A stretch of DNA of 64,000 nucleotides from a virus (taxonomy: Duplodnaviria > Caudoviricetes): positions 1 through 64,000 of IMG/VR virus record IMGVR_UViG_3300009095_000015; one strand, 5' to 3'. The notes under the pieces are model-generated. The model did no database searches. It was not told where the DNA came from and was given only the letters and a program-made list of their open reading frames with translations. This document shows, piece by piece, positions 46,657 to 55,427 of the stretch. The stretch's first letter is position 1. Each line of letters begins with the position of its first letter. A program made the position numbers and the translations under genes.

Positions 46657-47993
46657 ACGGTAACTCTCAGATAACGCAGGTACGGCCCCATTTTCCGCTT
46701 GGAATCGTATTCAGTTAGTACGGCTTTCACGGCGGTTTCGTAAGCAGAATGGGAATAGCGGCCATCGTACATTTTATACAAATAGTCGCAAGCCTTCAGG
46801 GCATCATCCATATCGATGGCATCCCGCGTAACCTGTCCGATCAGACGGCGCAGGCGCTCTTCAAATTCCTTGAAAACAGAACGTGCGGGCGCTTTCTTCC
46901 AAGCAGCCAAGAGAATACGATTGTTAGTCGTAATGTTGCGCATATCAACGGCAAACAGATCAAACGGTTTGTTGTACGCGTCGCGCCGATCCTTGTACTC
47001 CGGGATTTTTACACCCGTCGCAGGCGGCAGGTAAACACTTTCAATAACGTCGCCAGTGAGGCTACCGTTAACGCTGACAATCGCCGGCTTTCGCACGGGC
47101 ACAGTATCTGCGGTATCGCTCATTTTGTTCAGCTTGATTCCCTGCATGTCATTGGTTTTCACCAACGCTACACTGATATGGTACTGCGGGAAATCATCGG
47201 CAAGTTTGTCACAAGCCTTATTGAATAGCTCGGAGGAAATAACACCCCTCGGCTTAAACCAGCCGACCATGTGCGAGGCGCCGTGTGTGCGGACGTTTGC
47301 AGTGTTACCGACGTATCCGACAATTGCGTAGAAGGTGCCTGTAGTTTTCTGTTTGTAATGGTCGTCATGCACGACGGTAGTCAGGTTATAGCCCTGCTTG
47401 TTGATCCTGTTCATTTCCGAAAGGAAACGCGGACCGTGCGAAGCGTGAATGTCAAAATGCCCATCCTCGTCGCCCGCCATAACTTTTTCATAACCAAGCG
47501 CGTAGTTGCGTAGGTGAATCATTTCGTGGATAAGAGCATCGGTGAAGAATTTCCGATCCACCATAACGGCTTCGTTGATCCGCATGGTGTAGACGTACTT
47601 GCCTCGCACCATCCTCGCCTCAGCCAAACCATAAGTGTTGGCTTTGTTCGTCTTCACGTACTTAACAACAGGGCACTTGTTCTTGAAAAGCAGCTTGTTG
47701 TAATAGTCGTAAAGCTTCGATACGTTTTCGAACTTGGGTTCGAACATCAAGTAGGGCGGATTGTCAGGATCGACCTCAACGTCAAGGATTTCCTCACTGT
47801 CAGCGAGAAGCGCTTTGGCCTCTTTCTTAGTGAGTGTAAATTTCAAGGTCGGTTCTGATTCATGGTAGACGAAGTATTTATCGCCAACCAAGTGCGCGAC
47901 GTATTCGTCACCCATGACAAATACAAGATAAAAATCATCGTGAGCTTCATCAAACTGAAGTTGTTTCTCGCCCACGTAGCGAAAAGTTGCCAT
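46653..47993 (-). CDS. SprT-like zinc metalloprotease with N-terminal accessory domain
   Basis: LIHEMIH...HG..F...M.RIN; YDYYN..LF...P SprT pattern. Confidence 0.8.
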   Translation of the reverse strand: MATFRYVGEKQLQFDEAHDDFYLVFVMGDEYVAHLVGDKYFVYHESEPTLKFTLTKKEAKALLADSEEILDVEVDPDNPPYLMFEPKFENVSKLYDYYNKLLFKNKCPVVKYVKTNKANTYGLAEARMVRGKYVYTMRINEAVMVDRKFFTDALIHEMIHLRNYALGYEKVMAGDEDGHFDIHASHGPRFLSEMNRINKQGYNLTTVVHDDHYKQKTTGTFYAIVGYVGNTANVRTHGASHMVGWFKPRGVISSELFNKACDKLADDFPQYHISVALVKTNDMQGIKLNKMSDTADTVPVRKPAIVSVNGSLTGDVIESVYLPPATGVKIPEYKDRRDAYNKPFDLFAVDMRNITTNNRILLAAWKKAPARSVFKEFEERLRRLIGQVTRDAIDMDDALKACDYLYKMYDGRYSHSAYETAVKAVLTEYDSKRKMGPYLRYLRVTV

Positions 47994-48467
47994 TTAATCT
48001 CTCCAGATATAGCTTATCGAGATTGCATTCTGCACTTGGGCATCAAGCTCGCACGTGCTGTCTATGTATGACGGCAAACCAGCCGCCAAAGGATCGGTGA
48101 TATACAAACAGTAAGAAGGGGCGAACAAAAGAGGCTCATTAACGCTGCGTACTTTTACGTAGTCAACAACAGAAGGCAGTAAGAATGAATCAGCATCCCG
48201 CCACTCGTGATCGTGACACAGCAACATAAATTGCGGCATCGGCTCGCCGTTGCGCTCGCGCATTTTATGCAGCATAACATCCTGATTTATAAGGATGCGT
48301 AGCTGGGCCAGTGCACTCAACTCCGCACTTTCCCGGACGGGGCGTAGGAGAACGCCAGTCGGATGAAAAGTTTCTCCGTAGCTAGGCGCGACTTTGAATT
48401 CTGTACTTCTGTTATACCTGTGTGGCTCTGTACCCTCTAACTCACCCAGCTGATTTATCTTGAACAT
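47994..48467 (-). CDS. Hypothetical protein
   Basis: 157 aa ORF in the co-directional array. Confidence 0.55.
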   Translation of the reverse strand: MFKINQLGELEGTEPHRYNRSTEFKVAPSYGETFHPTGVLLRPVRESAELSALAQLRILINQDVMLHKMRERNGEPMPQFMLLCHDHEWRDADSFLLPSVVDYVKVRSVNEPLLFAPSYCLYITDPLAAGLPSYIDSTCELDAQVQNAISISYIWRD

Positions 48468-49299
48468 TCTCTTGCTCCAGTTTACTTAGTCGGGCACTAA
48501 GCTGTGCAATCGTTTCAGCTAGCTGCTGGTTAGAGGCTTGCAGTGCTTTGATTTCCTGTCGGGCCGTTTTGATTTTGGCTGCTAGACCTTTGGTCTTTCC
48601 GCACAAATCTTTCACGTTTTCAATAAGTAGGCCAACCAAGCTGCCGTAAAACACGGCCAACTTACCATCGCTGGATTTGGTCACAGCTTCAGGGATTGCT
48701 GCTTGCACTTCCTGAGCTTTTAAACCAACATAACGGCGGCCGCTCGTGTCGATGTTCTTCGTGAAAGTCCAGCCATTGATCTTGTTTGTAATAGCTAGGC
48801 TATTGCGGATGCGTTTGAAACCGGCCTTCAGCGTAACGTCAGACGATAGAGCTGTTTCAAGTTTCGCAACTATCTGACCGCGACGCACGTCAAATTCGAG
48901 GGTATTTTCTACGCCGTTGTTAAAGATCAAACATCCTGTAGCCGCTTCTTCTGGCGTCATTTCGCCTTCGAACTGGGCTTCGTCCGTCATGATGTAGCGC
49001 ACGACGTTTTCGAAGCGTTCTAGTCTAGCGACACCAAAATCGACGCCTGCGCTAGAGCCGCCGCCACCCTCTTTCGTCCACCCTGTATTGCTGATGGGCT
49101 TGCCGACAGGCAACGTCCAATCTTCAAAACCGGAAGCGCTGATAACTCGGACGACCATTCCGGTACGGCGGGCCTGCAATGGAATAGCGTTGCGCTCTTC
49201 GATACTTGTTACGATTCGGAAACCGCCCCGCAAATCAGTATCTTCGAGTAGGTAGTAGTCCCCTGTACGCTTTAGGCGTTGCCCCAAATCGTATGCCAT
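48442..49299 (-). CDS. Fibre-like protein with peptidase S74 intramolecular chaperone
   Basis: SSD..LK, GL.AQEV...PEAV, V.Y..L..LLIE..K.L and a coiled-coil C-terminus. Confidence 0.75.
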   Translation of the reverse strand: MAYDLGQRLKRTGDYYLLEDTDLRGGFRIVTSIEERNAIPLQARRTGMVVRVISASGFEDWTLPVGKPISNTGWTKEGGGGSSAGVDFGVARLERFENVVRYIMTDEAQFEGEMTPEEAATGCLIFNNGVENTLEFDVRRGQIVAKLETALSSDVTLKAGFKRIRNSLAITNKINGWTFTKNIDTSGRRYVGLKAQEVQAAIPEAVTKSSDGKLAVFYGSLVGLLIENVKDLCGKTKGLAAKIKTARQEIKALQASNQQLAETIAQLSARLSKLEQENVQDKSAG

Positions 49300-49301
49300 T
49301 T

Positions 49302-49610
49302 TCAATCACCTACAAAAATAACAGTGAGCCTGCCGGAGCGTGGCTCACTGAAATGAATAGTCAGGGTTTCATTCGTTTCGCGAATTTCACCCGGAATTAT
49401 GACGTAGCCGTCAGTGCCGACAACAGTCACCGTGAAGTGGGCGGACTTCTTTTCGACTATAAGAATGTCCTTCTGCGTAAACGTGGCGCTGTACGCTTTA
49501 ATGCGACCGTCAAGCTCTTCTAGACGAACTGCATGCTTCGGCTCGGAAGGCGCATTTTCAATCGTAGCGCCTTTTCCTGTGATAACAGGTTGGAAGAGTT
49601 TCATGGACAT
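49302..49610 (-). CDS. Hypothetical structural protein
   Basis: 102 aa beta-rich ORF in the fibre cluster. Confidence 0.55.
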   Translation of the reverse strand: MSMKLFQPVITGKGATIENAPSEPKHAVRLEELDGRIKAYSATFTQKDILIVEKKSAHFTVTVVGTDGYVIIPGEIRETNETLTIHFSEPRSGRLTVIFVGD

Positions 49611-49621
49611 AGAAAAACCTG

Positions 49622-49798
49622 TCAGGTCAAGTACGTAGAAGGATGCTCGCTAAGGTAGCGTCCCGGTTTGTGTACCTGCTTTTGGGGCAGCGGGGTCACA
49701 TTAGGTTTGATGTGCTGAATACCGCGCGCATCACCACGTTTAAGCCCGACAAAGCTTTGTGCAGAAATAAAAGAACGTACGTAGTAAGGGCTAGCCAT
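49622..49798 (-). CDS. Small hypothetical protein (58 aa, below the ORF-track cut-off)
   Basis: Read manually: GGAGG RBS, ATG GCT AGC... TGA; fills the gap exactly. Confidence 0.6.
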   Translation of the reverse strand: MASPYYVRSFISAQSFVGLKRGDARGIQHIKPNVTPLPQKQVHKPGRYLSEHPSTYLT

Positions 49799-50144
49799 TT
49801 ACAGGCACCTCCGCACTTTCCTGTTCTTCGGACCAAGCATTGATAGCCGCAACTACGTCGGTCGGCTGTGGGACAACGTAAGAAGACACTTCGAAGAAAT
49901 CAGATTCGCCAACAAGTACAGGAATACCGACAGCGCCCGTAAACACGAAAACTGACTGACCTACAAATAAAGCGTCAGTCAGTTCATCTGTAACTACAGG
50001 GACAAGCTCGCCAGCGCGGCGGTAAAGGCGCACCTTGTAGTATTTAACTGGTGTTTTTACGGTACGTGCATCCTCGCTTTGGCCGTTGAACCAGCTTACA
50101 AGGGGAGGCAGCGTGTGTGAAGAAAGATTTTCTACTGTAATCAT
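49791..50144 (-). CDS. Hypothetical protein
   Basis: 117 aa ORF. Confidence 0.55.
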   Translation of the reverse strand: MITVENLSSHTLPPLVSWFNGQSEDARTVKTPVKYYKVRLYRRAGELVPVVTDELTDALFVGQSVFVFTGAVGIPVLVGESDFFEVSSYVVPQPTDVVAAINAWSEEQESAEVPVNG

Positions 50145-50416
50145 GGGCTCACCACATTAATGCTTTCGGCACTAACAAAAGAACCTACAAATTCAGGCTT
50201 CACAATCCAAGACGTGTTGGCGATAGAGCCGTTCAACATGTATTCTGTAGAATTCTCTTGGACCAAAACGCGCATGCCTTGCTTACGCGCTTGCAAGGGT
50301 ATGGAGTTGCGTTCAGCAACGGTAGCAACGATGCGAAAACCGCCACGCAAGTCAGTATCCTGCAAAAGATACGGGGCGCCGGCGTTGACTATCGATTGGG
50401 CTAAATTGATCGCCAT
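50141..50416 (-). CDS. Stand-alone copy of the fibre N-terminal module
   Basis: YLL.DTDLRGGFRIV....ERN.IPLQAR..GM shared with 48442-49299. Confidence 0.7.
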   Translation of the reverse strand: MAINLAQSIVNAGAPYLLQDTDLRGGFRIVATVAERNSIPLQARKQGMRVLVQENSTEYMLNGSIANTSWIVKPEFVGSFVSAESINVVSP

Positions 50417-50423
50417 AAAGACC

Positions 50424-51203
50424 TCAGTTCAAATCGGTTCGCATTGACTTGACAGTGTGCGTACCAGTGATTTTCTCATCACGGTTGCGCCCGACTTTAA
50501 GTGTATCATTGCCTTTAATCTCTACGGTACGGTTGCCGTCGATCTTAACGGTTTGATCACCCTTGATATGCAGGAACTGACTGCCTTTGGAGCCTTTACC
50601 TTTGAACGGCACATTTCCAGCAGAGGATGCTTTTAGCTTATCCACTTGTAGCTTGGATGCGTTCTTGAAATACGCAGGGATATCGCCTTTTGATCCACTG
50701 ACCATCATGGTATGGTTGCCGATAACAGTCTGTGTGCAATCACCAATAACGCATAGGTGCATGTCGCCCGGATTCACCAGCAAGCACTCGTTTTCGATAG
50801 TGTCGACGACGATGGAGAAGCCGTTAGAGAAGCGCAGGATTTTCCGATCAGGATAATTCTTTTCGGATTCTGGCAGGACAGTTTGCTCATCGGTCGGATG
50901 AGGCACCAGCATAGGTTTGTGAGGATCACCCGAGGGGAATTTCAACCCAACCTTGGCCCCTTTTTCAGGGATATTTACGATGCCGCTGCGATTATCTCCA
51001 GCCGCCGTGTAATTCTGGTCGGTCGGAATAGCCCACGGTAAATGTTCGTCTTTGATGCCATCTTGAATGCCTTCAATTCTGGCACGTACGCGTCGAAGCT
51101 TCCGAGGGTCGTTGTTATCAACGACGACAGCAGAATAAGTAACGCGTGGGTCCAAGCCTTGCCGCTTGAATGTCTTCAGCGGATTTAAAGGTGAGCCTGC
51201 CAT
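50424..51203 (-). CDS. Baseplate central spike (gp5/gpV-like OB fold plus beta-helix), no lysozyme domain
   Basis: VVDNNDP.KL.RVRARI...LPWA...PEKGAKV..F..GD; C-terminal 8-residue beta-helix repeats. Confidence 0.85.
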   Translation of the reverse strand: MAGSPLNPLKTFKRQGLDPRVTYSAVVVDNNDPRKLRRVRARIEGIQDGIKDEHLPWAIPTDQNYTAAGDNRSGIVNIPEKGAKVGLKFPSGDPHKPMLVPHPTDEQTVLPESEKNYPDRKILRFSNGFSIVVDTIENECLLVNPGDMHLCVIGDCTQTVIGNHTMMVSGSKGDIPAYFKNASKLQVDKLKASSAGNVPFKGKGSKGSQFLHIKGDQTVKIDGNRTVEIKGNDTLKVGRNRDEKITGTHTVKSMRTDLN

Positions 51204-51210
51204 CGTATCC

Positions 51211-51507
51211 TCACGGAGCTACGTTTTCGACTGCGCACCAAATCATGCGAGCTTTAGTCAGCGCATGAAGGTGGAGCATATTGAAGTAGTAAATATCTGC
51301 TGTACCGGGGGCGCTTGGTTCGTGGTTACGGTACGTCAAAGCGGAGACTTCAGCTGAAACAAATTCAACATAGCGGCTACGTTGCTCGTGATTCAATGCC
51401 TGCTCGCAAGCATAAATAACATCCAGTGAAAGCTCGTTTCTGTGGATGCCACACACCTGCGCCAAATAAGCCAAGCGTTGATCGTTATCCATGTGAAACC
51501 AGTGCAT
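51211..51507 (-). CDS. Hypothetical protein
   Basis: 98 aa, GGAGG RBS. Confidence 0.6.
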   Translation of the reverse strand: MHWFHMDNDQRLAYLAQVCGIHRNELSLDVIYACEQALNHEQRSRYVEFVSAEVSALTYRNHEPSAPGTADIYYFNMLHLHALTKARMIWCAVENVAP

Positions 51508-51525
51508 TTAAAGCCTCCGGGTAAT

Positions 51526-51561
51526 AAAAAACCGCGCAAAGGGGTTAACCAAAGCGCGGTT
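51526..51561 (-). terminator. Rho-independent terminator
   Basis: ACCGCGC/GCGCGGT stem plus T6. Confidence 0.8.
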
Positions 51562-51685
51562 TGAAGGGAGCGAAATTCGCAATTGTTTAGTATTCGCGCT
51601 TTTATGGCCTGCTGTTTCATCGTGACGATTACAGCATGCTCACAAGGAAGTACGATTATTGAGTGCTTTTGCGTCGTTCGTCCTT
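51526..51685 (-). ncRNA. Candidate small non-coding RNA downstream of the portal gene
   Basis: ~160 nt with no RBS-led ORF, between a promoter-like motif and a terminator; TGCTGT/ACAGCA and GCGAA/TTCGC stems. Confidence 0.3.
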
Positions 51686-51700
51686 GTTTATAAATTAGCG
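51686..51700 (-). promoter_or_regulatory. Candidate late-promoter motif GCTAATTTATAAAC
   Basis: Recurrent motif; overlaps the portal TAA stop. Confidence 0.4.
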
Positions 51701-53587
51701 ATATGGTGTTACGGTGCGGCGAGTAAGGTGAGTATCGCCACGCTCAGTTCTCTCCCGTAACATTCGAACAATCTTTCTGTTGGCGCGTTCGTTTGCCAAC
51801 TTTTGATTGTGCAAATACTTCGGTTTTCCGTCGTGCGTAACACCACCTACTTCAGACAGCTCTCCAAACTCACGGCTCGCCAAACCAACCATCCTGCCAG
51901 AACCGTGAGCAAGAACGTCAGATGAAGTTGAATGTAGATTTTCCGCGTAATGCTGTACCGCAAGCTCCCGCGATTCCTGCTCGAAGGCGCGTCGCTTGGA
52001 TGAAGCAAAACCGCCGGCACTGCCACCACCGGAATCATCGATACCGTATTTCTTTTTAACCTCTGCCAAATCCTTTTGGTACTTTGCCATACGCTCCATC
52101 AGGTGCAAATCACTTTCCTGATCTGCAAGCAAGCGGTCAAGGTTAAAGCCACCTGCGGCCGCCATAGCACGAATCGGAACTGGAACACCTTTTTCCGTGA
52201 GCGCTTGCAGCATATCCATATACTGCTGATCGCCTTCAGGCTTCAGGGTTTTTTCCCAGTGCACGGAAGGAATAAGCAAGCGCGTACCGTCCTGCAAACG
52301 GCTCATCGTGCCGAGAGGGTCCAAGTTTTCCAACTGGTTGCCTTTGATAACAAGCTTGCCGCGATTATTCAAACAATAGCCCTTCAGGGCGCTAATCATC
52401 GGGAAAATCTTGTTGTAAAGGGTTTTCCGCGTTAGGAAATCACGCTGCGCTCGAATGGAATCGATGAAGAACGAAGTCGACGTATCACCGTTGCTATACG
52501 AAGCGTCTCCCGAAAGCATGGCGTCGGAAATACCAAGTGCCTTCATTTTGTAACTATCAATCGACTCTTTCGAATCGAATACAGTCCACCCGCCAGTGGG
52601 ATCGCGAATTTCTTCGGTGCTGATACCGGAGCGAGTAGCAACAATAGAACCAATCGGGTCTGCGTCGGCGTTCTGGAAAAGGTCGCTGATAGTTTGCATA
52701 TCAGCCATCGTCGGTTCCCATTCACCGCCGCCATCCAGCGTAATATGCAGAATACCCTTCTGACGGCGCGCCGAATTAACCAGCGTACCACGGAAAAGGT
52801 TTTTCTCCATCAAATACCACGGCAGAATGCGACGGTAATACGATACTGCGGTACTGGTAGAGCCTGCGCGGCGAGGAACGTAAACCGTAGACTTCGGGTC
52901 CAGCTCCAGAGCTTCGTTTGCGATCTGCTTTACAACTTCTTCGCCAAGGAATTCACGCAACTGTTTAACGCGCGGACTATCCGACGCGAATGTACTACGC
53001 AAATGCTCAGGCAGTGCAACGGTAATCAGAGGATCGACGCCGAAGAACGGTAGCTGATCGATCTTGGAGTTTTCAAACCCGTGCGGCATGATAGAAGCGA
53101 AAACTTCACGGCCGCCGTTATACAGAAGGCTGCCGATAAAACCACCCAACACGTCGTAGTCAACCAGAATATCCGGCATAAGCGTGCGGATATTCAGGCG
53201 CTCGATATTTTCTTGAAAATCGTCAGCAACCTTGGTATCCAGAATGCCGCCCAAGGTAAATTCAGAAAACATCAGGTTGGATTTGATATCGACAATCGAA
53301 CCAGCGATGCTGTCGTTATAGTAGATATCTCGATACAGACGCATAACCAGTTTTTTCTGCTCAAGGTCTTCCGAGAAGACGATATCTTTGAGCAACGGGT
53401 CCACGTCGATTTCAATCGGCATTTGCGAAACGCTGGTATTACGAGAAGCGTTTGCCGTGGCTACGTACCTTCCGTCAGTGGCTCGGGTTCCTTCCAAGTC
53501 GCGGCTCTTCACGGAGCCTGCCAACGGACCTGTTTCAGGCTGGAAGTTTGACGTAACGTCTCTGAAAGAGTGTTTTCTCAGTCGCAT
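51695..53587 (-). CDS. Portal protein
   Basis: 630 aa, near the terminase; helical/clip-like organisation reminiscent of T4 gp20-type portals (inferred from size, position and pattern). Confidence 0.7.
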   Translation of the reverse strand: MRLRKHSFRDVTSNFQPETGPLAGSVKSRDLEGTRATDGRYVATANASRNTSVSQMPIEIDVDPLLKDIVFSEDLEQKKLVMRLYRDIYYNDSIAGSIVDIKSNLMFSEFTLGGILDTKVADDFQENIERLNIRTLMPDILVDYDVLGGFIGSLLYNGGREVFASIMPHGFENSKIDQLPFFGVDPLITVALPEHLRSTFASDSPRVKQLREFLGEEVVKQIANEALELDPKSTVYVPRRAGSTSTAVSYYRRILPWYLMEKNLFRGTLVNSARRQKGILHITLDGGGEWEPTMADMQTISDLFQNADADPIGSIVATRSGISTEEIRDPTGGWTVFDSKESIDSYKMKALGISDAMLSGDASYSNGDTSTSFFIDSIRAQRDFLTRKTLYNKIFPMISALKGYCLNNRGKLVIKGNQLENLDPLGTMSRLQDGTRLLIPSVHWEKTLKPEGDQQYMDMLQALTEKGVPVPIRAMAAAGGFNLDRLLADQESDLHLMERMAKYQKDLAEVKKKYGIDDSGGGSAGGFASSKRRAFEQESRELAVQHYAENLHSTSSDVLAHGSGRMVGLASREFGELSEVGGVTHDGKPKYLHNQKLANERANRKIVRMLRERTERGDTHLTRRTVTPYR

Positions 53588-54183
53588 ACTTTCCCCACTT
53601 TCATGACATAAATAACGTCAAGGTTTGACTGTTTACGATCACTATGAAAAAGATCGTCAACCCGTGCGCTCCCTAACGGCGAAATTTCTGTAACTGTTTC
53701 GACAAGTGCAGCATTTTGGTTACGTTGCCCACTTTCTGTTCTACAGTCACACTCAAGCTTTGCTTTAAACACTACAAAATCTTTGTCGTGGCGAATACTT
53801 TCAACGAACTTCCGCCACATGGCTTGGCCTTCCAGAGAGAGCGCCACGTCAGTACGTAAGCAATCATATTGCTCTAGAAAGTATTCACGCATTACACCAC
53901 GTGCCAGCCCGGCATAGTCAGCATGCTGCCTCACTTCACGCTGAACAACACGCATTCCGAAGTTCGGAGTTCTCACAGATACAAAATAGCAGCTGTAAAT
54001 GAATTCTTTCAGGTCATTTCGCAACAGAAGCAACTGGTCAAAGGTAGGCGTCGCTTCGAAATCAACACATAGAAAAGCATCGTAACCTAGAAGCCTAAAT
54101 TGCAATCCCGACTCGACCAAACGCGCATAGCGCGCTGCGTCAGAACATATAGGAGTTACTTCTGCTGGAAAAGACCACGGCAT
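53578..54183 (-). CDS. GNAT-like fold protein (tentative)
   Basis: GLARG....L......TD..LS..GQ.MW pattern, shared with 43296-43865. Confidence 0.5.
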   Translation of the reverse strand: MPWSFPAEVTPICSDAARYARLVESGLQFRLLGYDAFLCVDFEATPTFDQLLLLRNDLKEFIYSCYFVSVRTPNFGMRVVQREVRQHADYAGLARGVMREYFLEQYDCLRTDVALSLEGQAMWRKFVESIRHDKDFVVFKAKLECDCRTESGQRNQNAALVETVTEISPLGSARVDDLFHSDRKQSNLDVIYVMKVGKVCD

Positions 54184-54184
54184 A

Positions 54185-54559
54185 TCAAAACTCTTTTTTA
54201 GGCTTGTAAACCATCAGGATGGAGGACCACTCACGCCATGCAGCGATGCACTCTTCCAGCGATGCCGTCGGATCGGCCGCGTAATGGAAACCGCATGAGT
54301 AGAAAGCTTTCACAGATGCGATACTGGAACACTGCGCCCCAATATCTTCGCGGAATTTTTTCATGGCGGCACGGATAAGGCGCTTACCTTCCCCTTTACC
54401 ACGCTTGTCTTCAGCGACGATAAACTCCGTAACGGAATGCGTCACCGGAGAATGCGGCGGGGAGATAGCCACGTTAATGTGTCCGGCATCGCTATACAGA
54501 GTAATGCCCCTGATCCCGTTACCAGAATCAAACTTAGCGTCTTGAATTACGTTACCCAT
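54185..54559 (-). CDS. GNAT acetyltransferase
   Basis: V.EDKRGKGEG..LI, FYSCGF; start moved to ATG 54559. Confidence 0.75.
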   Translation of the reverse strand: MGNVIQDAKFDSGNGIRGITLYSDAGHINVAISPPHSPVTHSVTEFIVAEDKRGKGEGKRLIRAAMKKFREDIGAQCSSIASVKAFYSCGFHYAADPTASLEECIAAWREWSSILMVYKPKKEF

Positions 54560-55088
54560 GAATTTGCCACTCTTCTTTGATTCCACGAATGCGGTGCATA
54601 AAGAACGAACCACGCGACTCGGCTGCAACCATCGCATCGAATTCGCGCTTGGTCACGCCGCCGTAGGCCCACTTAGCTCCGTTGTGGAAAGTGATATAGA
54701 GAACCTTTTCCTTTTTGTCCCAATAAGCTTCGCGCAGATTGGAACTGTTCAGGTCGTCAATGTATACCGCGTTTTTCATATCGGTTCTGTGTGCACGTCG
54801 GTCGATGCCACCCATAGTACCGGCTTCAACGCGAATCTTTTTAACTACGCCCTTCCACCCCTTAGCCTGAATCATCAAACGGCTCATATCCACCTCATTC
54901 AAAGTGAATACGATTTCCGGGCTGGATTTATGGACAACTTTATATGCGTTTTTGTACTTGCGCACGCCGAACACGTTGCCCTTCACAACCTCAAGGATGA
55001 ACTCCGGGTTGTGGCGATCCTTGTCGAAAACAAGATCAAGATTGTTTTCGGATTTGTACCAACGGTATTTGTCTAGAGTAACAGCCAT
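54552..55088 (-). CDS. KTSC-domain protein with N-terminal accessory domain
   Basis: SSNL...YD.....L.I.F.NG..Y.Y.GV....F..M..A.S.GSFF...I KTSC signature. Confidence 0.85.
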   Translation of the reverse strand: MAVTLDKYRWYKSENNLDLVFDKDRHNPEFILEVVKGNVFGVRKYKNAYKVVHKSSPEIVFTLNEVDMSRLMIQAKGWKGVVKKIRVEAGTMGGIDRRAHRTDMKNAVYIDDLNSSNLREAYWDKKEKVLYITFHNGAKWAYGGVTKREFDAMVAAESRGSFFMHRIRGIKEEWQIHG

Positions 55089-55097
55089 GTGAAGTCC

Positions 55098-55427
55098 TCA
55101 CATACTTTGATGTTCGCACCCCTTAGAAAGATGCACGCCGCAACTTACGCAAAACCGTGTCACTTCCCGCACCTCATAAACCAAGTATATATCAAGGGCA
55201 GCGCAGCTTTCATTGAATCGAAGTTTGCCGCCCGGATATTCCCGGTAGTCGTGCCCTTTGTCAAGAATCACGATATTGTAACCGTGGGCTAAAATGCGTG
55301 GCCGATCCTTGAGATTGGTCTTGCCCCGCACCCCTACGAATTTAATGGTCCTTCGGGGTTTTCCTGCCCAACCGTAATTAACAACATCGTAGTCAACCAA
55401 CAAATGACCGATACCGGGAATGTCCAT
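55098..55427 (-). CDS. Hypothetical protein
   Basis: 109 aa, coupled to the terminase stop. Confidence 0.55.
   Translation of the reverse strand: MDIPGIGHLLVDYDVVNYGWAGKPRRTIKFVGVRGKTNLKDRPRILAHGYNIVILDKGHDYREYPGGKLRFNESCAALDIYLVYEVREVTRFCVSCGVHLSKGCEHQSM

Noticed and set aside
51393-51620. 75 aa ORF in the portal-downstream gap
   Set aside because: No RBS, runs through a strong terminator and overlaps 51211-51507 out of frame
51600-51640. Hammerhead ribozyme or tmRNA-like motif in the ncRNA candidate
   Set aside because: The CUGAUGA/GAAA core and tRNA-like ends are absent
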